DNA from: Octopus bimaculoides
Lineage: Eukaryota
Length of the DNA stretch: 64,000 nt
Direction of reading: 5' to 3'
Assembly (NCBI RefSeq): GCF_001194135.2
Contig: NC_068988.1
Location: 84,629,685 to 84,693,684, forward strand
Positions within the stretch are counted from its first letter, which is position 1. Each line of letters begins with the position of its first letter. A program made the translations under genes and the position numbers. Below the pieces are notes generated by a model that worked only from the letters and a program-made list of their open reading frames with translations, was not told the origin of the DNA and did no database searches. Shown here in pieces: positions 39,636 through 52,236 of the stretch.

Positions 39636-39900
39636 TGTAGTGGCGCATGTGGCCGCTATTGGCCGCCATCTTGGGAAGTGCCATTGAGCATGTGCAAGGG
39701 ACTTGCCGTCAGCGTAAGTACCCGGGCACACATGCGCAATGCAACAGGTGGAGAGAGAGCAATAGCGTTCGTCCTCTTCTCTATCTAGCAGCGGTGGTGA
39801 CAACACGTATCTTCCAGTGCTCTCTCAACTCAATACCGACATGTGGTCGAAGCTTCCTTGGTATTCTAGCGACATGCCTGTTCACCCAGGAACGAAACGG
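39636..39900 (-). promoter_or_regulatory. CpG-rich promoter-like island with YY1 and NRF1-like motifs; associated gene not identified
   Basis: About 16 CpG in 265 bp by hand count; GCCGCCATCTTG at 39662-39673 (CAAGATGGCGGC on -, canonical YY1 site); GCGCATGTG at 39643 and CATGCGCA at 39731; strand inferred from YY1 orientation only. Confidence 0.55.
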
Positions 39901-40439
39901 CTCTACACCAACCTAGAATAAATTATTGATCTGTTGTTACCATTATTCCTCGTGTTGTTGTATTTCTGGATTTCAATGATTAATATAAGAACTGGGGAGA
40001 GATGGCCGAGCTGTCATATCTCATCCAATTCTTATATGCTATCGTTTCACATTTAAATGGTTAATAGGAGACAGAAAAAGATGAAAATACAATTAACCAC
40101 TTCACAAAGAAGTCATTAACTGTAGGTAGAAAACATGTAGATGTAAATACAATTGATCCAATATAAAATAGGATCTGCCACTTCCTACTTCATAGTTGAC
40201 TGAATAGTGGTTAGAAGGGGGACATGTAAGTGTAAATACAATTGATACAGTTGTGAATGGTTAGTGGTAAGAAACATAATGTAAATAATTGTTTCAATAT
40301 AAAATGGGCTCTTCACAGTCCAGCAGTTAGTGGTAAAAGGAGATATATAATTGTAAATACAATTGCTACCATATGAAGCAGGGAGCACCACCCCTTACTT
40401 CAGAGATGAGTCATGGTAGGAAGGGACTTTTAGATGACA

Positions 40440-42260
40440 AGTGGGAGATCCTGTGACATAACCTGTTGACAGGTACAGATCAGACATTTGGCTAAACTGA
40501 AGGTAAGGTGATGTGGTGGAACGACAGGGTATATTGAGCTGTAAAAGCTAAGAAACCGGCTTGGAAAATCTGGAAGGAAGGTGGTAGTAGAATCATTATC
40601 AAATAGCTAGAAAGGCAGCCAGGCAACAGGTATACTTAGCTAAAAGGAAAACAGAAATGAAGAGATTTGCAATATGAGGATCAGAGGCATGAAATGTTCT
40701 AAATTGAAAGACAATGTTAACCAAAATGTCATTGGCAAGAAGTGTATCTGAAATGATGAAGGCACACTTGCCATTCCTGTGAATGAAAGAAAGAGGTATG
40801 AAAATGCTGTTATAAGAGGCTATTGAATGTGGAGAATTTATGGGATAAAGAGGTGCTACTTCATGTCGATCCAGCAGAAGGACTAGCAATCCAAGTTGAC
40901 TGCAGCATAATAGATGGAGATAGGGAAAGCTGCTGGTCCATCAGGAATAGTCATGGGATAATCACCAGATAGTTTATCAAGTAATATAGAAAGTGTCATA
41001 CCCAATGACTGGTGGAGTAATATCTTTGTAAACTACTATAAAGGGGAAAGAGTTGCCTTAGAGGAAATTATAAAAGAATCAGGCTAGGAAAGTCACAGAG
41101 AGAGAGAGAGAGTCATAATATAATTGATATGAAATAGTTAACCTCAATGGGATGCAGTTAAACTTTGTGCCCAGCAGAGGTACCACATGCAATCTTCTTA
41201 CTGAGGCAACTGCCAGAGAGAAATATTTGACATTCACTGACTTGAAAAAGATCTTTGACCAGTTACCATACTCTGTAAAGTAGTCTCTAGGGAAACTAGG
41301 TGTAGACCAATCTCTTGTGAGTAAAGTGCAAGTCAACAATGAGTTCAGTAATGAATTTAGCATGAAAGTAGAGGTGTATCAAGACTTAGTTTTTAGACCT
41401 ATTCTATTTAGTCATAGACTATCATAGAGGAGTTTAAGACTGGTTGTCCAAGAGAACTCCTATGCACTGATGAGCTAGTCTTCAGAGCTGAATCTATAGT
41501 AGAATTAGAAAAATTCCAGACATGAAAGCTAAACCAAGAATTGTGAGGTCTTAGGGTAAACCTAGCAAAGAAGGTTTTAGTAAGTAGAAAAGAAGTTAGG
41601 ACCCTGGTCTTCAAAGTAATAACCTTGCTTGATATGCAAAGAAGTTGGTATAAACTCTATAAGCTATAAACACATGAGGTGTGGTGGAATCACAGGCAAA
41701 CTAACAAAAAATAAGCATATGTAACAGATTCACTGAGCAATATGTGTCCTTTTAAATGCCTGGCTGGTTGCTAAAAGTAGTTGATAGCTTCTGTTACCTA
41801 GGTAACATAATTAGCAGGAGAGAGGGTTGTGAATAAAGTATGGTAATCAGGGTAAGAATGGGTTGAAAAAAGTTTAGGGAAGTACTATTACTGCTAGGAA
41901 CAAAGGTCTTTTCCCTCCAGAGTGTTATGGGTAAATTGTATGGCACTTGTGTCAAAACTGTGATCTTGCATGGTAACAAGATGTGGGTCTTGACTACAAG
42001 ACAAGAAAGTAATGAAGCCAGTATGTTCCTATAGATGCACAATATTAATATGTGTACGAATGCCAAGTACAAACTGAGAGAAAAATTAAGTATAAGAGGA
42101 ATGTGATGCATACTGAAGATGACAACTGCATAAGAAAATACTGAGCACTCCAATTTAGTGGAACCTCCAGAAGAGTTAGTCTAAGGAAGACTTGAGACAA
42201 AATGATGAAGGCTGACCTGAGGAATTTGTACCTTGGAGAAAATGAAAAGGACTGTATTGA
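40440..42260 (+). mobile_element. Degenerate RTE-type LINE (linker + RT)
   Basis: Peptides WWNDRV, IPNDWWSNIFVNYYKG, MQLNFVPSRGT, FTDLKKIFD and ELLCTDELV, matching RTE RT motifs with many stops. Confidence 0.75.
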
Positions 42261-43269
42261 TTGGCAATATGCAAGGTTACAGAAGACCTGATCTCATAAT
42301 TAAGCCCTCACTCCACCTTCAGAGCTACATATATGAGTGTGAATATATGTATGATTTTTCCTCGTGGGTCACTTACATTTCCTCTCACTTCTATGTGTAT
42401 GATTCTATGTACTTCAAACTTTGGCTTTGTACAAATAGCTATGCTCACATATTTCATATCTATCTAATAGACTCTATTTGTGTGCCTGTATCATTTTATG
42501 TCCTTCTCACGAATGCTCTCTAAATGTGGCAATGACTGAAACCTATTTATTTCTTGTGGTTCATCAATGAATTGTGGAATGAACAGCAAAGCAAAAGCAG
42601 GCATTGGGGGGGAAATTATGTCTGGTCATGAATGAGAACACAGAAAGCCACACACACCTTTATTTCAGACATAGATATCTGGTACAAGTCTTCCCGAACA
42701 CAGTTAGAAGCCCCTACCCTATTTTTCCTATCAGGCCCAAAGTTTAGGGCAACCACCCTTAATGTTAGTGTGATGAGAGGTAGGTGTGTATTGGCAAGTG
42801 GCTTTGTGCTGTGAGAAAGAGTCAAGATGAAGGGAGTGCCTCAACCAAGCTCCTCACAGGCAAGAAACATGTATAAATTCTTCTGAATAGTTTCTATTAG
42901 CAGAAACATGATTAGATAAGGTAATTGAAATAGTATGTGATAGAAGTATTAAGCTTAGACTAGTCATAGGCAAACCGACTGTGACAGTTATTTCAGCATA
43001 TGCACTGTATTCAGGAGTGGTAGACATTCAGAAGGATTGTTTTAATGAGTCCCTCCTGCAGACTATTTTGGTTGAAATGACAATAGCTTCATCACAGCTG
43101 GTGATTTTTATGTACATGTTGAACAATACCATATTGGCTTTTCTGGAGTATATAATGGCTATGGGTTTGGTATGGTGAAATGAGGAAAGATCAAGACTCC
43201 TGTGATACAAATGATATCACAATCTCTAACGGGAACTCCAGGAAACTACTTAACCAGTTTAGTTCACTT

Positions 43270-43950
43270 AGCAAGATCAGCTCACAAATGTTGATGGTTA
43301 CATTCGTTCATGAAGTCGACAGTCACCCTGATTGAGATAGGTCTTCAAGAGACAAGGAACCATTCCTAAAGTGTGAAATCCACTTGTAAACTTATGTCAA
43401 TTTGGTGGACGAAGATTGGAAAGTTGAAGGAACCTCTGTTGGTCATAGATTCAAAAAATATTAAATGACATTTATGATAGTAGGTGAGAGATAGAAACAT
43501 ATAACATGGAGCAAAACTGACTGCTTTATAGAGCAATCTACTGCTTTATAGAGTAGTCTCACTCAAAATCCATTGGCAGGAGCTCCAGGACACACCAGTT
43601 ACATCAAAAAGTTTGTCACTTGTTTGGTGATAGTCCTCCAAGATCAGTTTACAAATCTTCGTGATGTTTACAGTCATTCATGAGGTCGACAGTCACTCTG
43701 AATGTGGTTGGCCTTCAAGAGACAAGGGACCATTCCAAAAGTGTGAAAACCAGTTGTAAACTTGTGTTTTGCTCATGGCAGCATCCTTGTAAGCTGTTTG
43801 AAGCATAACAACTGTTTCAGTCACCATTTTCCCCAGCAGAAAACAGAATTTTATGGAAGCACGCTGTTCCTTCATTCCAGCCATTGCAAAAATCGACAAA
43901 TGGGGGAGAAGCACTACAAAACGAAGATGCACCAAGTGGCAACACGACAT
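43270..43950 (-). mobile_element. Two mariner transposase 5' fragments
   Basis: EQRASIKFCFLLGKMVTETVVMLQTAYKDAAMSKTQVYNWFSHF (mariner HTH); 43280-43400 is a diverged second copy of 43665-43770. Confidence 0.8.
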
Positions 43951-44099
43951 TAGCCACTACCACCAGTCAGCAGACTGATGCCTGAGGGTTGTATCAAGTG
44001 GCTTCTAGTGGCAGAAACCTGAACTACATTGGGCTTGTCCCACAGAGAATGTTTCTGGTTATTTTTGGGTACCCCCTCATAATTAGGTACAAGCTTAAT

Positions 44100-45220
44100 C
44101 TAGGTGAGATACAGTTTGGCTTTTTCCCAGGAAGAGCCACCACTGATGCCATATTCCTTGTAAGATAGCTGCCTAACATTCGTTGACATGAAGGTCTTTG
44201 TCAGAGTTCTTTCCTTTGTGATTTGGTAGTTGCAAAGGAAACTAGGAGTTAATGTATGGCTTGTGAGGGTTGTACAATATGTGTATAAAGAGGTCAGCAA
44301 AATGAGGATTAGTAATGAGTTCAGCAATAAATTTAATGTGCAAGTTGAGTATATCAGGGCTCAGTTCTCAGCTCCTTCCTATTTATCGTAGTCCTCTGGG
44401 CCATAACAGAGTGATAAAAATGTCTGCCTTTGAGAACTCCTATGTATGATGACTTAGCTTTTATAACAGAATCTGTAAAAGAATAGAAGCTGAAAAGCCA
44501 GACATAGAAGCAAAATCTGAAAGTTCATGGATTTTAAGTAAACTTAGTAAGAACAAAAGTTTTAGTAAACAAGACATTTATAGCATCAAAGAAATGGCCA
44601 TGCTTCAACTGCAGGAATAGTGTCAGTAGAAATTCTATAGGATGTACATAAAATAAATCATGGACACACAAAAGCTATAATGGTTCACAGACAGTCTAAT
44701 GGAGAAGGCGGATTTCAAATGCAGCTGGTGCATTGGGACAGCAAGCACCAAAATCTCAACTGTCCAGATTGTTCCAATCAAATTAGAGGTGGATAAGAAC
44801 AGGTTGGAAAATGTTCAAGGTTACCTCTGCTGGTAACAATGGGTTTCTCCCCCAAGGTCAAGGGCAGGCTTGTGTGGAAAGTGTGCTGCTACATGGCAGT
44901 GAGATTTAAATACAGAAGACTAGAAAGAAAGGATGCAAGCGTGCTTCACTGGATGTGTCACGCTAGTGTGTACGAATGACAAAGAATAAATGAACTGGAG
45001 GACAAACTGGAAAGAAAAGGTATCAAATGTTGCGTGTAAAAGAAGAGACTGTGATGGTATGGGTATAGGATGCAGCTGCACAAGCAAGTGCTGAGTACTA
45101 AAACGAATGGCACCAGTGATAGAGAGAGAAACCAAGGAAGACTTTGGATGAGGTGATGAAAAATGATCTCAAGATGATGATGGTTATGACAGAAGACTGC
45201 TTTGACAGGTTATAAATGAT
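44100..45220 (+). mobile_element. Degenerate RTE-type LINE RT 3' fragment
   Basis: cagggctcagttctcagc (QGSVLS), an ELL.YDDLA-like segment, and a C-terminal gaagactttggatgaggtgatg (KTWDEV-like). Confidence 0.65.
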
Positions 45221-45383
45221 ATTGCAGAAGATTCAACCTTCTATGCATTGGTGAAATACTTGTTGAATAGTAGGGCAGTGCATGCACCTCTCTCTTGCCT
45301 ATTGTTTTCTGTATGTGTTCCTACCCACATAGCTACAATTCCAGTGGTTCTGTAGTTCAACTTCAAACTTTTCATAAGATTTA

Positions 45384-45599
45384 TGAGGGGATGCTGAAAA
45401 GTTCTTGGCTTTAAGAGTATCACAAAAGGCCTGGCTGTAGGCTCAACCTTCCAAGTTCTTTTACAGGGCTTAATAAATTGAAGGACTACTGCAATAAGTG
45501 TGTGAAATTGAGAGGAGAAAAAGTTGAATAATATCTTAATTAACTGATCCTCCTGTATTTTCTTTTACCTGAAGCCAGGAACTTTTCAGCACCATCTCA
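45384..45599 (+). mobile_element. Mariner-derived MITE, TA-flanked
   Basis: TA|TGAGGGGATGCTGAAAAGTTCTTGGCTT ... AAGCCAGGAACTTTTCAGCACCATCTCA|TA inverted ends; interior reads YCNKCVKLRGEKVE* (mariner C-terminus). Confidence 0.8.
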
Positions 45600-47984
45600 T
45601 ATGACCACTACTGCTGTCACTAATGTTTTGTCTATCAAAATATTATCTAAGATTTAGTGGCCCCCTTTCTTTATCCACTTTTCCTTCTATTGTCTTGGGG
45701 GCTGTCATTGCGATTTTTAGCACTTCCTAGTCAAACAGTATGTCCTGCTTTTACATTTTGCCAGTTGGTATTTCCACAATTTCTCAGCAACAAGAAGCTG
45801 TAAGCAGGCTGATTTCAAATCAACAACAATGCAAGCCCCTGCCAATTGCTTTCACTTTTAAAAAGCCCCTCTCCCCTTGTACACGTGGATTCGATGCTTG
45901 TGTAATATGCCATGTAGGCATTTAACACTGAGTAGACATTACATTTTGTTAACTGAGTCATTACCATCAGTGGTAATGCTCCACTTTCCAGCTCCTCCAC
46001 ATAAAGCATTACAATATCTTCTTTGATCCATCTCTCCACATCCCACCAAATTCAACATCATCTCCTCCATTTGAACACTTATAATAAATTATTGTATTCT
46101 TCAACAATAGAAGCACTCTCTTCCAGAACAATTCCAGTGTCCATTGCTTATTGTCAGTCATTTCATGGAAATTCTTGCTTTCAATCTTCCAAAAGACATT
46201 CCTTTCTCCATGCTTGCTTCAGCAATTCCACAGTCCTCGTATTTTGGTTTTGCACACCCATGCCAAATTGTGCTCCTCCAAATTCTAATTCATCCCTACT
46301 GATTATAATACCTCCCATTTACACCCATCATTCACCAACACCATCAATGAAGTAGTCAATCATGTTTACCTGAATCTTTAATCATGTTCCATGTATCATC
46401 AACTCTACAGTGCTAGTACCTCCACACTTAATTTCTCTTTTATTGATTGCCTTTAAGCCATTCATCCTACTCCTGCTATCTCCCAGCCATGGAGTCAATA
46501 AAGTGGTTGTGCAGCATGAGTCAGCATGGACTCTCAACACCCACCTGCTTAGAACTTCCACTGCAGGCAGCTGAATGTAGGAGCACCGCTACTCAGTTGA
46601 TTGGGTAGCTAGCACCTCTACTCAGTTGACCAGGTAACTAGGGCAACTGACTGTTGCCCTAGTTTCAATAGTTTACTATTATCCTGCCTGGCCACATTAA
46701 TAGAAAATCAATTCAGATAGGGCTCATAATCCATGACTATATGTGACCCTTGACACTAAAAGCTCTGTTTCTTGAATGTTTGAAAAGAATGTCTTCTTTT
46801 CCCTCTTAATCCCCCTACTTAAAGTTTGCTGATTTATTATATCTGGTCTCACTGAAACCACTACTGTGTTCAAAATTAATGCCTTAGCTCAAGTCACTAA
46901 ATCTCCAACAGATAGGCTCAATGTCCTGGAAATGCTGCAGCCCTACTGAAATGTGATCAAGAAGCTATGAATCCTAGTTTAACCATAACTTCCTAATCTA
47001 CTACTGGTAAATCTGATTAGTCCAGCCAGCCTTTTAAACTCATTAACAAACATTACCTGTTCCTCAGTCCATATAATTCTTCCTAGCCTGCTATAGCCCA
47101 CAAACTCCCCTTACCTCTAAGAAGTCTTCTTTCAATCTGACTTTTATTTTCCTGCACTCAGCTGGTCTTCATCAGTCATCCTCATGTACAATGCCAACAC
47201 ATCTAATTCAGATACAGTGGCATTAAACTCACATCTGTGACAAACTCTGCAGTTTTACTAATAGTTGTACTTTCTTCACTCACATGACCGTAGTTTATGG
47301 AAGAATAGGCAAACAACAAAATGATCTTACCTTAATTAATGTCTTCCCATTCCAGAGGGCAAGAAAACAGGTAGTTAAATTGCACACAAGGAAAAAGAAA
47401 TCACTGTTAACCAAAAAACTTTTAATTAATTAAGATTAAATTCTTAGAGAGAAGTATCTTTTTATAAATGATAAAATTCCAATTAAAAAGGCAAGGGAGA
47501 CAACCTTGAAACTATAATTAAAGTTAAATATGTTATGTAGTGGAGAGCAAATCTGGTCATTAGCAGTACAGTAACAACTCCAGACATATTTTAGACATTA
47601 GATAATGTAGTCATATATATTCTAAAAAAAAAAGGTGGAATGGTCATTGTAGGAATTCCTTTGATCATATGCATGGTCAATTTGAGGTTGAGCAACAACT
47701 ATTACTTATCTATACTACCTTTTAGTTATACTACCACCTAGCTGTAACGCCATCTAATTATCACATTACCTATCTGCAACACCACCGAGCTATACCACTA
47801 ACAAGTTACTGCACAATCTGGGTACTCTACCTTCTGATTACAATACCACTAAGCTATACCACTTTCTAGCTATCACCTAACTGATGTAACACAGATATAC
47901 TGTCTTCATGTACATGTGTGTGTGTGCGTATGTAATTGTAGTGAAATACATGTTACATCAGGTTTGTTCACAGAAGCTAAATAG

Positions 47985-48850
47985 CCACCACCATCACCAA
48001 CATAACCCTCCATCATCAACACAACCATAACATCACCAGAAAACCAACACCTCTGTTATCATCAATATCATCAGTACCACCACCACCACCACCACCACCA
48101 CCACCACNNNNNNNNNNNNNNNNNNNNNNNNNNNNNNNNNNNNNNNNNNNNNNNNNNNNNNNNNNNNNNNNNNNNNNNNNNNNNNNNNNNNNNNNNNNNN
48201 NNNNNNNNNNNNNNNNNNNNNNNNNNNNNNNNNNNNNNNNCACCACCACCAAAAGAACACCCGGGCCAATGAGCTTCAATGCAGTCTTTCAACTTTCTAG
48301 AAATAACAGGTAAATTCATTTGAATTAAACACTGCCATCTTCAAACAAAAAAAGGACACATTGCAGAAATGTAATCCCTGTTACTCAGAAAGATGGGATG
48401 GTCAATACTGGAATGTTTTTGATCATAGATCTGTTCAATCAGGGTTGAACATCACCAGCTACACCACCATTAACATCAGCTACAGTTGCTCACCGTTCTG
48501 TTGTCGATCCCTACTGTTGTTGATGCTGCTGTTGCTGGTGTAGTGGCAGTGAGAGTGGTGGTGGTTGTGGTGGTGATAGTGGTAGTGTTGTTGGTAGTAG
48601 TGCTAGTGATAGTGAGTGGCACTATTGACTAGTGGTTTTACTAACGATAGTCGTAGTGATGGTGGGGGTAGTGGCAGTAGTGGTGGTGCTGATAGTGTTG
48701 TTATTACTATTGGTGCTTTTACTGGTAATGGTAATGATGGTGCTAGTGATGGTCCTACTTACTGATGGTGGTGATGATGGTGTGGTAGTGCTACTGCTGG
48801 CACCGCTGGTGCTGTTGTTGTTGCTACTACTGCTCTTGCTAGTAACGGTA
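47985..48850. repeat. (CAC/CAT)n and (GTG/TAG)n trinucleotide low-complexity tracts around a gap
   Basis: Direct reading; source of the spurious poly-V/L ORF 48632-48994. Confidence 0.85.
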
Positions 48851-49062
48851 AAGGTACATCATCTGATGTATTTCAGTAACGAGACTGACAACTATGTCCA
48901 GAACAGTTATAATGTCCTGTGTAGTTGTAATGTCCTGTATAGCTGTAATGCTGTCCACTATGATATATTATTGCTTATTAACTGCACCATTTAACTATGC
49001 TATAGTAGTAACTACAATATAATCTACACCTACCACATTATTAACTGTATGACTTATTGTTT

Positions 49063-49093
<31 letters not shown>

Positions 49094-49346
49094 CATCAAC
49101 AATAGTTTTATCAATATATTATAGTATTACGTTTCATTCCTATCAAGTATATTATTATCTGTGGTATTTCCAATGGTATCATCTCTGGACTATAATGTTA
49201 AATATAATCTTTAGATCATATATAATGATCAAATGACTATATATAGAGTGTAATTTATAGATTATATGTCTATTAAATATAGGTTTATCTGTGTTCTATA
49301 GCTACTCTAGTGTTAACTCTTTAGCATTCAGATTATTCTGACAAGT

Positions 49347-49506
49347 GCATCATCATCATCATCATCGTTTAACGTCCGCTTTCCATGCTAGCATGGGTTG
49401 GACGATTTGACTGAGGACTGGTGCAACCGGATGGCAACACCAGGCTCCAATCTAAATTTGGCAGAGTTTCTACAGCTGGATGCCCTTCCTAACGCCAACC
49501 ACTCCA
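49347..49506 (-). mobile_element. Young 5'-truncated RTE-type 3' end
   Basis: (CAT)n tail; near-identical to 16865-17025. Confidence 0.85.
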
Positions 49507-50299
49507 ATGCGTGTTTATTCACATTGTTTTGAATTAATCCTGCAATATCTCGTAGCTTCAAGATTTTGATGATGTGATTATTTAGTTTTAGAATGATATT
49601 GTAGGCTAAGATACGAGAGGCCAGATCTGGTCAGTTTGGGTATAAAACAGGTAAAATGCTTTAGCTGGATATGACCATTTTAAATGCTAAAGGGTTGACT
49701 ATAGAATTAACTATCTTGACTCTATCATTAAACATATAAATGAATGTGATATATACTAACGTGATATATATGATATTTTAGAGCGTCAAAATTGTAGTAT
49801 ATTATTGACTACAGAGATTTAGAAATTCACTTAGTAATTATGAGGACTTGGTTCAATCCTACTACATGGCAGTTTAGGTTGGGGTTATTTCCTATACCCG
49901 TGAGTTGACTCATAACTTATGAGTGACATTGGGCAGATGGAAACTGTGTAGAGAGCCATCAAATTCAAATGTTCTCCTTGCCACACTGATTCGAAAATTA
50001 CATTCAGAATAGATATGTCTGTAGAATACTCAGTCACTTAATTTAATGAATTTGATAGGTCAGTTGATTGCTCAGCTGAAAACTCAATGTTGGAAATTCT
50101 GACAGGGATCCATCTATATGACTGACTATAATACTGGTTATATACAATGTAATTAGCAAGAACATCAATTATCATATTAATTTTATTATCACATTTAATA
50201 TAGTAATATCTATAAGCTGTAATAATAGATTTAGTTAGGTATTATTAATTATAGCATTAATTGTAAGATCTTAGAGTCTTTAGGAATGTTAGGTTTCAC

Positions 50300-50830
50300 A
50301 ATCACTGATGATCTTTCCCGGTGATCTTACATCCACAACATACAAAAACTGTATCCTGAAGCCCAGACTTCTTCAGAGCCTGAAAATAATTTCAGCTCAG
50401 AACAGTTGATAAAACTCTACAAAGCTAAAGTGAGATTACAACAGAATAAGGGTAGGTCCCACATCAAAGATAGTGATGCTGCTGCTACATTCAAAACATC
50501 CAGACTGTGCCAAAAATGCAGGTGTCTGGCTGAATGGCATGGGTTCACACTTCATTCAATGTCAAACTCTCATGTTGTCACATTACTATGCCTATTTTAC
50601 CACTACTACCGCAATGGCTTCCGCATACATCACCACCTTGACTGATTTAACACACCTACTCCATCTCCCACCCCAACTCACGTCCCATACAATATACTTT
50701 CTCAATCTTTTCTCTTCAGAATGTCAACCCCCAGGAATTCTGTAACCGCACGTGTCTAGCCTCAGGTGCAGACATGTAATAGTTCAATTAGAACATCATC
50801 TGTATCCATTTAACCAATTTCAGAGAATCT
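50300..50830 (+). mobile_element. Degenerate CR1/L2-like LINE C-terminal fragment
   Basis: EQLIKLYKAKVR...SHI...AAAT and LFYHYY segments, resembling LYKxxVRPxLEY...LSLFYRYY. Confidence 0.55.
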
Positions 50831-50879
50831 GTGAAGAACAAAACAATCATGTTACCTTATATTATCAATTATATAATGT

Positions 50880-51900
50880 ATTATTATGCAATGCACAAAC
50901 TGTGTTATCAATATACTGTACTAATTATAGCATTAATGATATACTATATTAACTATACTATTTATTATATACTGTGCTAAATACAATAATTACATACTGT
51001 ATTATCTATACTATTAATTAAATACAGAATAAACTGTTATAATGATTATGCAGGGTGGTCATAAATTTTATTGGAGTTTTTTTTTTTTTTTTTTAATCAA
51101 TACATTTTATTTCTGTAATAAACAGAATTAGAAATGAATATATTGAATTTTTTAACTCCTCTGCAACTTAAGATCCATCATATTGCATTAATTGTATACT
51201 GTATTGACCACAATGTTAACAACATATGATGTTAACTATATTATGTATTAACTACAATATATAGTTAATTGTATATTATACTAACTACAGAGTATAAATA
51301 TATACTGTAATATTAATTATTTACTATACTAATTATAGTGTATAATTATACACTACACTAACTGTAATATTAATTATATACTATACTAATTATGGTGTAT
51401 AATTATATACTACACTAACTGTACTATTAATTAAATGCTACATTACTTATTGTATTCATTATATACTCAACTAACTACAGTATATAATTATATACTGCTA
51501 TTAATGTTACACTATACTAATCATACTAACTAGTTACTGTATATAATTACCCTACTAGTTACTACATATAATTATATACTTCACTAACTATATTATTAAT
51601 CAAATGCTATACTACCTATACTATTGATTATATACTCAAGTAACTACAATATATAACTATGTATTGCTATTAATTTTATACTATACTAATTTTAACATTA
51701 ATTATATATCCCACTAACTGCAGTATATAATTAATTACTATACTGACTATACTGTTGATTATATACTGTATAAACTATACTATAAACTAAATTCTGTTTT
51801 AATTATACTATTAATTATATTCTAAACAAATTACACTACTAGTTATAAAATAACCTAACTGTACTATTGATTATGCAACTAAAAATAGACTATGCTAATT
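50880..51900. repeat. AT-rich degenerate minisatellite (TATACTATACTAATTATAG/CTAACTGTA-like units)
   Basis: About 1 kb of recurring ctatactaattata / actaactgta motifs. Confidence 0.7.
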
Positions 51901-52236
51901 ATAAAAATAAACAAGGTGTTTACACCATGTTTTATCTCTCTGTGGACAGAAAAAAAAGGGATGAACCTGACAAGTTTTTAGTTTCCCTAGATCTTTGTCA
52001 GAGATCAGCAGCCTATTGCTATTTATAGTGTATGTAAACTGGTACTTCTGATGTAACAGCTTTGTTTACATTCCACATTGGATGTTTATTTAAAAAGGTA
52101 TACATTTCAAATATCCCCGCACTTAAAGATACAGTGTAGTGCTCAATGAATTAATTAACATGCTAATCATATTATTAATTATAAACTGTATTAAGTACAT
52201 TGTGGTGAGCTGTGTTCTGTTGATAAGCCATATAAC

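Noticed and set aside
39379-39684. 101-aa minus-strand ORF MALPKMAANSGH... as a complete gene
   Set aside because: Beyond about 17 codons it reads through AT-rich low-information sequence; no homology recognised
45700-46350. Possible additional RT remnant on the minus strand
   Set aside because: Resemblance to RT motifs is too faint to support by eye
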